Assembly: GCA_937900695.1 (NCBI GenBank)
Contig: CALCFD010000051.1
Span: forward strand, 1,953-65,952
Origin: an uncultured Eubacterium sp.
Lineage (GTDB): Bacteria > Bacillota > Clostridia > Peptostreptococcales > Anaerovoracaceae
DNA length: 64,000 nt
Direction: 5' to 3'
This document shows positions 1 to 9,511 of this stretch, in pieces. Position 1 is the first letter of the stretch; every line of letters begins with the position of its first letter. The notes beneath the pieces are model-generated. The model had not been told where the DNA came from, did no database searches, and saw only the letters and a program-made list of their open reading frames with translations. The position numbers and the translations under genes were made by a program.

Positions 1-158
1 TAATCTTCTAACCAATGAAAATATTTACTTATAGTCTTTCTACTCATTACCTTATTACCTTGACTGTCAGTCATTTCTCTCTCAATGTTAGTAAACTAAC
101 ATTTCTTTTTTTCAATCTATCTATCTCGACTATGTAAAGTCACTCTTTCTGAATTACA

Positions 159-377
159 CTATAACCAAGCATACAATAAATCACAATAATTCTTTTCACT
201 TGTCACTTCTCTTCTACAAGGCATTTGCCTAGTATCAAGTTCATCTGGACTACGTTTCATTACTATTCCAATCCTTTCATTCTTAATTCTATTATATAAT
301 AAAAATCCAGATAAATCAATTATTTGTCCACGACCAGAAAATTTAGACCAACTATCAGAAATTTTTGGACAACTCAT
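159..377 (-). CDS. Hypothetical small protein; only minus-strand candidate, weak
   Basis: 72-aa ORF from the track. No recognisable domain and every other gene is on the + strand. Confidence 0.2.
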   Translation of the reverse strand: MSCPKISDSWSKFSGRGQIIDLSGFLLYNRIKNERIGIVMKRSPDELDTRQMPCRREVTSEKNYCDLLYAWL

Positions 378-444
378 TAGAAAAAAACGGACAACTCATT
401 AGAAATTTTTGGACAACCATTAGAAAATTTTGGACAGATTTACC
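339..444 (+). repeat. Iteron-like direct repeats, about 3.5 copies of a ~21-bp unit TTTTGGACAAC(T)CATTAGAAA
   Basis: Tandem near-identical units at 363-384, 385-405, 406-426, 427-444 and a degenerate copy at 339-361. A related copy, aaattttggacaacaatagat, lies at 63897-63917. Confidence 0.6.
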
Positions 445-659
445 TGTATGTCCAACAATTTATTACACATTTCTAAGATTTGTTACAGATCCTCAAAGCA
501 CGATATATTTTTCTACGTACATATGAAATTTTACCTCAATTTTTTACCCTTTCTGTTATTTCAATCTTTGTGCGGGATTGCCAATTTTCTTACCTAAAAA
601 ATTGCCAATCCGCATCCTAAACCGTACTTTTCGTTTACCTTCCATATCCTTTTGCATTA

Positions 660-714
660 TAACATTAAAAATGATATAATAAATATAGAAAGAATAAGAA
701 AGGAAGTTATGTAA
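660..714 (+). promoter_or_regulatory. Conserved phage promoter (extended -10 TGATATAAT) plus shared leader and RBS AAGGAAG
   Basis: tgatataat at 672-680, then atatagaaag..aaggaagtt. This motif recurs about 20 times in the window. Confidence 0.55.
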
Positions 715-906
715 ATGGATATGCCTTTCCTCGCATATACAGGTTCTTTTGAACTCGCGGCTAGAGAACTTGCAAGAACTCCTTTAGCAAGCGAGAACTA
801 TGAACTCCAAGACCTCATCTGCCGCAAATATGGAGTTTTTCTCGATAACTTAACAGATGACGAAGTCATCATGCTTTCTCGAATGATTGAAGAGTATGCT
901 AATTAA
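715..906 (+). CDS. Hypothetical protein (63 aa)
   Basis: ORF directly after the promoter/RBS motif. Confidence 0.5.
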   Translation: MDMPFLAYTGSFELAARELARTPLASENYELQDLICRKYGVFLDNLTDDEVIMLSRMIEEYAN

Positions 907-922
907 AGAAAGGAAGAATAGA

Positions 923-1468
923 ATGATTGGAGATATTATTACCGTAAAAGGAGTAAAATGCGTCGTCCTTGACGAAATTAATAGTAATCCCTTCGTCATT
1001 GCTCTTGATTTGGACATCGAATCTCCCTTCGGAGACTCTAATAACTATAAGAAAAGTAATCTGCGGAAGCGCATCGAAGCTTGGTTTGAAAAGACTGGTA
1101 TCAAGGCTATTGCCCGTGATGTCGACTTAACAGCGATGGACGGATATAAAGGATATGGAGCACTCAATACTGTTGTTGCACCTCTCACTTTCGATGAATA
1201 CCGCAAGTATAACCATATTCTCACTCCTCATATCAAGAATTTGTTTTGGCTTGTTACACCTTGGGGCTCTCCTGAGAAAGATAATTGGGCCTCGAACTAC
1301 GTTTGCTCTGTCAACTACGGTGGATCTGCGGACCGCGACATCTACTACGGCAGCGATGGGCTCGCGCCGGCTTTTATCCTCGATAGAAACCAGTGTTTTA
1401 ATAAGTCTCTTGGTGACTATACCAATGAGGAGCTTATTGCCGAGCTTAACAAGAGACTGAAGGTGTAA
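923..1468 (+). CDS. Hypothetical protein (about 181 aa)
   Basis: ORF track 887..1468. RBS aaggaag at 907-913 precedes ATG 923. Confidence 0.5.
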   Translation: MIGDIITVKGVKCVVLDEINSNPFVIALDLDIESPFGDSNNYKKSNLRKRIEAWFEKTGIKAIARDVDLTAMDGYKGYGALNTVVAPLTFDEYRKYNHILTPHIKNLFWLVTPWGSPEKDNWASNYVCSVNYGGSADRDIYYGSDGLAPAFILDRNQCFNKSLGDYTNEELIAELNKRLKV

Positions 1469-1472
1469 ACCT

Positions 1473-2354
1473 ATGTATATTCTTAATTCAAGTCTTATAA
1501 ATGCTATTCTTACTGAATATACCGAAAAAGTTAAATTCGGTTATAACAAAATCCCGTATGATTCGTGGCGAACCCTAAAAAAGCTAAGTAACACTAATAC
1601 CGATTATATAGTCAAAATAGAGATTACAGACGAAAACTCTATTCTTTACTTAACTGATACCAAAACTGATATTACCAGCGAAATTTTTGTAACAGATGGA
1701 TTCGCTTATCTTGTTAAAGAAAGGACTATTCACATGGTTGATACTAATTCTAACATCAGTGCGCCTATGCCCAACAAGAGCGATAGCGTTTCTCGCAAAG
1801 GCTTTAATATGAACTTTGATTTTGGCCCTTGCGGGGACGAGGTGGCCTTCTCCCCTTATGGCTTGGCCATTCGCAATTCTAAGGGTGAATATTTTACCTA
1901 CAATCCTGCTACTAAGCAGACTATTGACGTAACCGGCTTTACCTTCTTCTTCCAGAATATGGTATATCGTATGCCCGTTGCAGCTTCTGCCGTTAAGGAG
2001 GGCGATATGATTATCCATAAGCATCATCCTATGTTCATATCTGCGGTCGATGGTAGCAATATTGAAGTCGTAGACATTCTGGAATCTGAGGTTAAGACTG
2101 TAATTCCTACTTCCAATCCCTTCGGCTTTAACTTTATTACCAAGATTATGCCTATTGTCAACTTTGGCAATACCGCACCTTCTCCCGATCAGCCTTTCGG
2201 AAATCTCATGCCTATGATGATGGCTAACATGGTTTTCGGTGAAGACGGCAACAATAACGACATGGGTAAGATGTTTATGCTCTCCGCTATGATGGGCAGC
2301 TCTAATCCTTTTAGTTTTCTCGCGGGCGGCGAGGTAGGTAGCACCTCTAAGTAA
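1473..2354 (+). CDS. Hypothetical protein with Met/Gly-rich C-terminus
   Basis: 293-aa ORF, terminator immediately downstream. Confidence 0.5.
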   Translation: MYILNSSLINAILTEYTEKVKFGYNKIPYDSWRTLKKLSNTNTDYIVKIEITDENSILYLTDTKTDITSEIFVTDGFAYLVKERTIHMVDTNSNISAPMPNKSDSVSRKGFNMNFDFGPCGDEVAFSPYGLAIRNSKGEYFTYNPATKQTIDVTGFTFFFQNMVYRMPVAASAVKEGDMIIHKHHPMFISAVDGSNIEVVDILESEVKTVIPTSNPFGFNFITKIMPIVNFGNTAPSPDQPFGNLMPMMMANMVFGEDGNNNDMGKMFMLSAMMGSSNPFSFLAGGEVGSTSK

Positions 2355-2369
2355 GATTATACTCTAAAA

Positions 2370-2406
2370 TAGGCGAGGTTGGAGAATTTCTGACCTCGCC
2401 TTTCCG
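2370..2406 (+). terminator. Rho-independent terminator-like hairpin
   Basis: ggcgaggt..acctcgcc inverted repeat followed by a T-rich run. Confidence 0.5.
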
Positions 2407-2437
2407 CGATCCCTTTATCTTCTTGCTCTTGTTGCAA

Positions 2438-2495
2438 TTATATAATAAATATTGTATCATAAATATAGAAAATAGAAGAAAGGAAGTTATGCTAT
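2438..2495 (+). promoter_or_regulatory. Conserved promoter/leader motif variant
   Basis: tataataaatattgtatcataaatatagaaaatagaagaaaggaagtt upstream of the gene at 2496. Confidence 0.45.
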
Positions 2496-2723
2496 ATGAT
2501 TGCTATTATTTCTTGTTCTATCGAAGGTAAAAACTTTACAACTAAGTTTTCTGTTAACAAAACTACTCCAGAATATATTGTAGCAGATGAAGCTTATCGC
2601 TTAGCTATCATCTTTGCTCAAACTCAATATATCGCTAAATTTGGATACCTTTCTTCTAATCATGACTTTGGCATTTTCCTTAAAAACCTTGACTATACTT
2701 ATAAAATCGAGGAGGAAAAGTAA
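2496..2723 (+). CDS. Hypothetical small protein
   Basis: 75-aa ORF after the conserved promoter. Confidence 0.45.
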   Translation: MIAIISCSIEGKNFTTKFSVNKTTPEYIVADEAYRLAIIFAQTQYIAKFGYLSSNHDFGIFLKNLDYTYKIEEEK

Positions 2724-2962
2724 TGAATGATATTTATGTAGTTTACTACTGGCCAGATTTTGAAGATTCTCCTGAGGTTATTTGTGTGGTAACTTCTGAA
2801 GTAGATGCACAAGAGCTAATTTTTTCTTTCTGGGAGAATGCTGCATACGACAACTATCTTTCTGGCTTAACCTGGGATCCAACCGCTAATCCAAGAGATT
2901 ATTGGGACGACAATGTCTACGCTCTTGATTTTGGCTACTATCAAACTCATATTCTTAACTAA
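2723..2962 (+). CDS. Hypothetical small acidic protein
   Basis: 79-aa ORF whose start overlaps the upstream stop (ATGA). Confidence 0.45.
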   Translation: MNDIYVVYYWPDFEDSPEVICVVTSEVDAQELIFSFWENAAYDNYLSGLTWDPTANPRDYWDDNVYALDFGYYQTHILN

Positions 2963-2993
2963 GAGCTTCTTTAAAGGAGCTCTTTTTCTTTTG
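2961..2993 (+). terminator. Rho-independent terminator
   Basis: agagcttctttaaaggagctct hairpin followed by ttttcttttg. Confidence 0.5.
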
Positions 2994-3052
2994 CAAAAAT
3001 TAAAAAATAATGATATAATAATTATAGAAGATAAGGAAAGGAGATAAGAAAC

Positions 3053-3274
3053 ATGAAGAACTACTTTGAATACGAGGTTAAAGTTTGGGAAGACGAAGAT
3101 GAAGAGACTTATTATGGAGTCACTTATGGCGACGATTTTGCCGAAGCAGTCGATAATCTTGTTCAGTTCTTCGGTGAAGCAGACCTTCTTTCTCTAAAGA
3201 TTGAACCTTGGGACTGCGAAGGATGCCTTATCATGAGTAAAGAGGCTCTTGACGAACTGCGGAAGTTTATCTAA
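3053..3274 (+). CDS. Hypothetical small acidic protein
   Basis: 73-aa ORF after tgatataat at 3011-3019. Confidence 0.45.
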   Translation: MKNYFEYEVKVWEDEDEETYYGVTYGDDFAEAVDNLVQFFGEADLLSLKIEPWDCEGCLIMSKEALDELRKFI

Positions 3275-3288
3275 AGGAGGAATAAATC

Positions 3289-3768
3289 ATGCCTGTTGCC
3301 CCTTCTTTCCAGAATTTTACTCGACTGTCCGAGCCTTTCTTTAAGAATGGCAAGACTTATATTAAGGTAAAAAACCCTTCTACAGGAACGGAACGAGAGG
3401 TTCGTTGGTATAACGATAGCGAATATGCCAAAGCCTATGGTAAAAAGATCTCCGATCATAAAGATGGTTGGGATGGTCTTAAACATGCTCGAGGTTTTGA
3501 TAATGGACCTATCCTTGTAATTCGAGGAAATAAAGCCGCAGATGAAGAATGGTTGCGGACTTCTGTAGCCCGATATGCCGTAGGGATTGGATGGTATATC
3601 GCTTCAACTGATGTTTTTCCTGATGATGCTCCTGAACATCTGAAATATCTCCTGCTAGGTTGGGATGAATTCCGCGATGGAGATGATCGCCACATGAAGA
3701 AACCTGCGGATCTTTCTACTATTCTTGACCGTAAAGCAAGAGCAAAAGAGTGGGTGAAAATGAAATAA
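3289..3768 (+). CDS. Hypothetical protein (159 aa)
   Basis: ORF with RBS aaggagg at 3274-3280. Confidence 0.5.
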   Translation: MPVAPSFQNFTRLSEPFFKNGKTYIKVKNPSTGTEREVRWYNDSEYAKAYGKKISDHKDGWDGLKHARGFDNGPILVIRGNKAADEEWLRTSVARYAVGIGWYIASTDVFPDDAPEHLKYLLLGWDEFRDGDDRHMKKPADLSTILDRKARAKEWVKMK

Positions 3769-3898
3769 GCGTTGCTTATTTCATTTTCCAAACATTTAGT
3801 TGGCATAAAAATTACCACTTCAGCCTAGAAATCGGTTTGCAAAAAACAAAAAAATAAGTTATAATGAATATAGAAAGTAGGAAAGGAGATTTCTTGTA

Positions 3899-4207
3899 AT
3901 GAGTGTTAATTATTCCACTGAAATCGTCTATGGAGTACTTCTTACAAGCGATGAAATTGACGCTTTAAATCAAAAGGATAATGAGTTTTGGGAACGAAAC
4001 TGTGATTTTATCCACAGAGCTGATTACTATATTGCTGATGGAGACATTGTAATTGGCATTCAAGTAAACGATAGCGTTGAAGAAGGCACAGCTAGAGAAG
4101 TTACTTTCTCTAATGACGATCTTGAAACCAGCGAACTGAAAAACATTTTGAGTGCGTTAAACATTACGCGAGAACCAAAGTGGTATGTAGTTCATTGTGT
4201 TTCGTAA
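3899..4207 (+). CDS. Hypothetical protein (102 aa)
   Basis: ORF after the promoter/leader at 3857-3898. Confidence 0.45.
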   Translation: MSVNYSTEIVYGVLLTSDEIDALNQKDNEFWERNCDFIHRADYYIADGDIVIGIQVNDSVEEGTAREVTFSNDDLETSELKNILSALNITREPKWYVVHCVS

Positions 4208-4340
4208 AACACAAGAAATTTTCTTGACTTTACTCAAAAAATATCTTATAATATAAGTACAATAAAACAAGAAATATTGGTCATTTTTATATCATTGAAA
4301 TAAAATAATCTTTATTATTTTATGAAAGGTGGTAATAAAA

Positions 4341-5259
4341 ATGAAACTTGCAGACCTAAAAGGTAAAAAATTTGACAAACTTCTTGTTTTAGGTATCGAC
4401 GAAAACAACAAGTATAATGCTAGTGGTAAAATTCAGTGGAAATGTTAGTGCGACTGTGGCAATATAGTATATAAAACTTCTGATTACTTTTCTCGTAAAA
4501 CACAGTCATTAAAGGCTTGTAGCAAGCGTTGTGGCAGTTCAATACCTGAAGGAACTGTTTTTGGTAGATTGACAGTTCTAAAACTTGTAGTAGACGAAAA
4601 AGGTCATTCAAATTATTTATGTAAATGCAAGTGTGGAAATGAAGTTGTTGTCGCCGGAAATAAGTTAAAAAATGGAACAACAAAAAGTTGTGGCTGCTAC
4701 AGAAAAGAAAAAATGCAACAATTAGGCTCTTCTGGAATGAATGATATTACAAACCAACGTTTTGGGAAATTAGTAGCATTAGAACCAACAGATAAAAGAT
4801 AGAATAAATCTGTTATTTGGAAATGTAAATGTGATTGCGGTAATATTCATTATGCCTCATAGCATAATTTAAAGAACGGAGATGTAACAAGATGTAATGA
4901 CTGTAAAATAAAATCTAAAGGCGAAGAGAAAATAGTATAGTTATTGCAAGAAAATGGCATCTCTTTTGAAAGAGAAAAAACCTTTGAATCATGTAGGAAT
5001 CCTAAAACTAACAAGTTATTAAGATTTGACTTTTATGTAAACAATTCATATTTGATAGAATTTGATAGTAAACAACACTATTCTGATACACTTTTCTTTA
5101 GCGAAAATTTCAGTTTAGCTGATTAGTAGTATAGAGACAAATATAAGGAATGGTGGTGTAAAGAAAACAATATACCATTAATTCGCATACCATACACAAT
5201 ACTCGATATCCTGTCTTTTAAAGACATTGATATAAATAATAGTAAATTTATTTTAAGAT
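4341..5259 (+). CDS. Homing-endonuclease-like paralog: three Zn-ribbon repeats (W-x-C-x-C-D/E-C-G-N ... SCGC) plus C-terminal restriction-endonuclease-like domain (RFDF..IEFDxxQH..RIPY); read through multiple in-frame TAGs
   Basis: Frame-3 continuity across ORFs 4569..4802 and 4944..5126. TAG 4446-4448 falls inside the WKC-Q-CDCGN motif. Paralogs at 28104, 35694, 39403 and 63965. Confidence 0.55.
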
Positions 5260-5277
5260 AAAAAGGAGAAAAATACA

Positions 5278-5718
5278 ATGACTAATAAGACACCTAAGGT
5301 TACTAAGAAAGCTAATTATGCCGCTATCGTTGCCATCCTGAACGCCGCTGAGAGCAACGGCCTTGAGCTTGATGGTACCGAGATTACTTATGATAGCCTC
5401 CGTGATTTTGTCGATCACGAAGTTGAACTGCTTGATAATAAGGCCGCTGCAGCTGCAAAGCGTGCCGCCGCTAAGAAGGTTGAGGGAGACGCTCTTCGCG
5501 AGAAGATTTATGATGTACTTACCGATGAGCCTATGACTATCAATGAGATTGTGAAGGCTCTGGATGACGAGGATATTTCTGCCCAGATGGTTACTGCTCG
5601 CCTGACTCAGCTTGCTTCTCCTGAAGTGAACCGTGTTGTGAAGGAGACTGTAACTGTTCCCGCTTCTAGCGAGGGTGGTAAATCTAAGAAGCTCAGTGCT
5701 TATCGTCGCATTGGCTAA
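5278..5718 (+). CDS. Hypothetical protein (146 aa), Ala/Lys-rich middle
   Basis: Strong RBS aaaggagaaaaa. Terminator downstream. Confidence 0.55.
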   Translation: MTNKTPKVTKKANYAAIVAILNAAESNGLELDGTEITYDSLRDFVDHEVELLDNKAAAAAKRAAAKKVEGDALREKIYDVLTDEPMTINEIVKALDDEDISAQMVTARLTQLASPEVNRVVKETVTVPASSEGGKSKKLSAYRRIG

Positions 5719-5732
5719 TTGAAACCTTTAGA

Positions 5733-5767
5733 AAGGTAGCTACGAAGAGTAGCTACCTTTCTTTTTA
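5733..5767 (+). terminator. Rho-independent terminator
   Basis: aaaggtagctacgaagagtagctaccttt hairpin followed by cttttt. Confidence 0.6.
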
Positions 5768-5924
5768 ACCACAATTTAGTACAAACTGCAAATCCAGTTG
5801 GGCCGCCTGGAAAATCAATTATATAGCATACTATATATACTATAACAAGAGCAAGAATAGATAGAGGAACCATTAATTTCACCTTCTTTTATTTATATAT
5901 TTATTATAACAAAAGCAAATAGAA

Positions 5925-5975
5925 TTGTCAATCTGGTAATTTTATCTCAAGATTGACAGTCTTTACATTATATGC
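5925..5975 (+). promoter_or_regulatory. Sigma70-type promoter (TTGACA, 17-nt spacer, TATAAT) overlapped by an inverted repeat ttgtcaatct..agattgacag (operator-like)
   Basis: The only canonical -35/-10 pair in the window; contrasts with the -35-less extended -10 promoters elsewhere. Confidence 0.45.
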
Positions 5976-6007
5976 TATAATAAATATATAAGCAAAGGAG
6001 GCTTTAT

Positions 6008-6788
6008 TATGATTTTTAGTGTAAGCCATCATTCTAATAAGATGAAGTAGGCAGGCGAAATACGCTGTCCTTATAATCAATTAGGAACAATAATTAAATT
6101 TATTAAAGAAAATCCTTCAAAAAGATATAATATTATTATTCCTGATGATTTAACTTAGATACAATTAAAAAAATTAGCCGAGCAAGTTGATATAGTTAAA
6201 ACAATAGCAGAAGACTACACCATTCAATGTGGAAATATCTTGCAACTAAGAGACTTAAAAGATATGGGATATAATAGATATTTGCGGTTTCCGGTTACCG
6301 ATTGGGAGACTCTGGAAGAATTGCGGGAAGCCGAGGTTAGTGACCTCTATATAGATGGCCCATTGGGATTTCAAATGGATGCAATCGCAAAGATTAAAGG
6401 AGATATGAAGATAAGAGTATCACCAACTATCTCCCCTAATATCTCTATTTCCGCAAATAGAAAGCCTTCAAGTTTCTTTATTCGCCCAGAGGATTTATCG
6501 CTATATTCTCATGCTATTGATATTATAGATTTTAAAGAAAGAGATCAAGATAAAGAAGATACTCTATTTGCAATCTATAATAGAGGAACTTTTAACTACG
6601 ATGTTAATCTCTTAATAGATGGTCTTCCCGTGAGAAATAATCTTTTATTTGGCGATAATTTTGCTAAAAAGAGATTAAATTGTGCTCAAAAATGTAATAT
6701 TCCTGGTCATCAATGCCATTACTGTGATACCTATTTTTCTGTAACTCTCAAAATGGGAGAATTAGCTAAATCTAGCGCAAAGAAATAA
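6008..6788 (+). CDS. Hypothetical protein with C-terminal Cys/His cluster, contains in-frame TAGs
   Basis: Frame continuous from ATG about 6008 into ORF 6240..6788 when TAG is read as sense. Start position uncertain by one nt. Confidence 0.4.
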
Positions 6789-6853
6789 TTAGATTTTATT
6801 ATTTATATATATTATAATATAAATATAAAGATAATAAAGGAGTGTTTCTAAAG

Positions 6854-7567
6854 ATGAAATGGTCAGAAATTCTCCCTCAAGAAGCGTTAGATTTAAGTGT
6901 TCAACTTGAAAACCATGCTTTAGAAGAGCGCTCTAAGGGGAAAGTTCTATTTCCAGAATAGGACAAAATCTTTAGAGCGCTTAATCTTACGCATCCAGAA
7001 GATGTAAAAGTATGTATAGTTGGTCAAGATCCATACCATACACCTGGAGCGGCAAATGGTTTAGCGTTTTCTATTTCGAATGGTAGTCCTATTCAACCTT
7101 CATTAAGAAATATTTTTATCGAACTTAATAGCGACTTAGGGCTACCAATTCCGCGATCAGGAGATTTAACTCCTTGGGCAGAAAAAGGAGTTTTATTACT
7201 AAATGCAAGTTTAACAGTGTATGAGCATCAAGCAAATAGTTGTGTAAATTGGGGATGGAATAAGTTTACAACAACTGTATTAAAGGCCGCGACTACACTT
7301 CCTCAACCTATTGTTTTTATGTTATGGGGAGCAAATGCGCAGGCTTTATTAAAGGATTTAAATTCAAGCCCTATGGTTTGGGATAATCCTGGTGTGGCTA
7401 GAGAGAATTTAATTAAGAAAGCGTATATTCTTTCTTCTCACCCAAGTCCTTTTAGCGTTAGTAAACAATGTAAAGGAACTCCATCTTTTAAAGGAAGTAA
7501 ACCATTCTCAACAGCGAATAATTTATTAGTATCAATGGGAGGAGAACCTATTGATTGGACTTTATAA
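6854..7567 (+). CDS. ung: Uracil-DNA glycosylase (family 1)
   Basis: Motifs VLFPEQDKIF..GQDPYH..LLLNASLTV..HPSP. One in-frame TAG about 6958 sits at the position of the conserved Q in LFP-E-Q-D. Confidence 0.7.
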
Positions 7568-7583
7568 AGATAGGGGTTAGTAG

Positions 7584-8885
7584 ATGATAGATTTAAAGAA
7601 AATACAAAGTGATTTTGAATCTATCCTTGTTCATTCTCAAGATTATCCGTTTTATCTCAATGCAGAGAATACAATTAAACAATGGTTTGAAGCAAAAGAC
7701 GACATAATTTCTAAGTTTTGCGGCGAGCTTATTGTTAGAAGTAAAACTCCTGTTCGGATAGATTTAACCGAAGAACAAAGAAATAAAAGATTTGAGGAGT
7801 TTATTCATACTCTTGATGAAAATGGAATTTTAACTGAAGAATTTGAATTATTTCTTCGAGATAATAAAGGAGGATTTTTTGATAATAGAGTTTTGTTACC
7901 TTATCCTTCTTTCAATATCCCGCTTGGCTCTAAGTTATCTAAGTCATTCAAAAGATTTTTGAATAATGCGGAGACAATTAGATGGGTGCAAGATACCGCT
8001 TCTCGATATATTCAAGAAAACAAGATTGAAGGATACTTATATCTTTCGGTTCATCCTATTGATTTCCTGACTTTATCTGAAAACAACGAAAATTGGTGGT
8101 CTTGTCAAACTCTCGACGGAGATTTTAGAGCAGGGAATTTAAGTTATATGGTAGATAAAACTACTATCGTTGCATATCTCTCTAATGGAAAACAAGAGGA
8201 AATGAGATGTTTACCAAGAGGAATGAAATGGTATAGTAAAAAATGGAGAATGCTAATTCATACAGACAGAGAGAATAATATCTATTATAATCGACAATAT
8301 CCATATGAATCGAGAGATTTACTTGAAAAAGTTCATAATATGATAACGCAATTCATTCCTGTCGAGATGTCTATGCCTTTAGATTATGGTTTTAAGGTAA
8401 TTCAAACTCAATGGGGTGGAGGTCAATTATCTTATAATCAGATAAACGCGGGCGGCAGGATACATGACACTAGAGACACGATTGATGTAGAAGATTATCT
8501 TGGTTATTCAGATTTAATTCAATCAAGTACATATGCCCCAATTATCTCGGTAAACGCTGAAAAATATCAAGATTATGCTAATATGTGTGACGATGGCAAA
8601 AGCGCAGAAGAGGCTTTCTTTAATAGGGTATTTAAAATAAAGATTGGAGAAAAGCCAATTTGTCCATGTTGTGGCACAGAGCATATCAATAGGGAGAGTT
8701 CTTTCCTCTGTGAATATTGTATAGCAGAGAAAGAGGCAGATGAAGATTTTTATTTGACTTGTGATAGTTGTTATCATAGAATATATGATGAAGATGAAAT
8801 TTATTGGATGGATGGCAGACCTTATTGTAAGAGTTGCCATAGTTTAATGCAACAAGAGGATAGATATATTGAGGAGGAAGAATAA
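7584..8885 (+). CDS. Hypothetical protein with C-terminal multi-Cys zinc-finger cluster
   Basis: 433-aa ORF with no TAG; CPCCGTEH..CEYC..CDSCYH..CKSC. Confidence 0.55.
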   Translation: MIDLKKIQSDFESILVHSQDYPFYLNAENTIKQWFEAKDDIISKFCGELIVRSKTPVRIDLTEEQRNKRFEEFIHTLDENGILTEEFELFLRDNKGGFFDNRVLLPYPSFNIPLGSKLSKSFKRFLNNAETIRWVQDTASRYIQENKIEGYLYLSVHPIDFLTLSENNENWWSCQTLDGDFRAGNLSYMVDKTTIVAYLSNGKQEEMRCLPRGMKWYSKKWRMLIHTDRENNIYYNRQYPYESRDLLEKVHNMITQFIPVEMSMPLDYGFKVIQTQWGGGQLSYNQINAGGRIHDTRDTIDVEDYLGYSDLIQSSTYAPIISVNAEKYQDYANMCDDGKSAEEAFFNRVFKIKIGEKPICPCCGTEHINRESSFLCEYCIAEKEADEDFYLTCDSCYHRIYDEDEIYWMDGRPYCKSCHSLMQQEDRYIEEEE

Positions 8886-9196
8886 TGGCTAAAAGAGGAG
8901 ACGCAGCACGTCAGTCTGTAATGGATACAATTTGTAAGGCTTTCGGAGATAATTTTGTAGGTATTCAAGATAAGAAAGCCTATGTGTTTGCCCAGGATGG
9001 AGTAAATGGAGAGCGGATTCAATTTGCAATTTCTATTACTATGCCGAAAACACCAATTGCGGGCGGGGGAGATAGTATGCCCTCTACAGCAAGCTCTGAA
9101 GCGCCGGCCGCAACTAATTTTACTCCAACAGAGTTGGCTCCAGAGGATAAGGCCAAGATTGAGGAATTGAAGCAGCGACTCGGTATTGTTGATTAA
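8885..9196 (+). CDS. Hypothetical protein (103 aa)
   Basis: ORF overlapping the upstream stop (ATAATGG). Confidence 0.45.
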   Translation: MAKRGDAARQSVMDTICKAFGDNFVGIQDKKAYVFAQDGVNGERIQFAISITMPKTPIAGGGDSMPSTASSEAPAATNFTPTELAPEDKAKIEELKQRLGIVD

Positions 9197-9319
9197 AAAT
9201 TTTGGGTATGGAAGTTTAAGATATTCAATATAAAGTTTAATAATAGTACAATCTCCTTACTTATTCAAGAGAGGTATAGAAGATTTAATCAGGCTTTATA
9301 TCTCTCTTGAAAATATTAA

Positions 9320-9345
9320 AAATAAATGATATAATATTTATAGAG
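9320..9345 (+). promoter_or_regulatory. Conserved extended -10 promoter driving the first tRNA sub-operon
   Basis: tgatataat at 9328-9336. Confidence 0.45.
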
Positions 9346-9511
9346 GGTAAGGAAAGAAGAGTTTACAAACCTCTCCTACCGATAATTTGAAAATTAAATA
9401 TAAATATTATATAATATTTATATAAGTTATCGACAGTAACTATAAATAACTGCGTTGGTAAGGCGTGAGTGAGGCTGATATGCGTTAAATAAAATACTCA
9501 CTTATATATAT

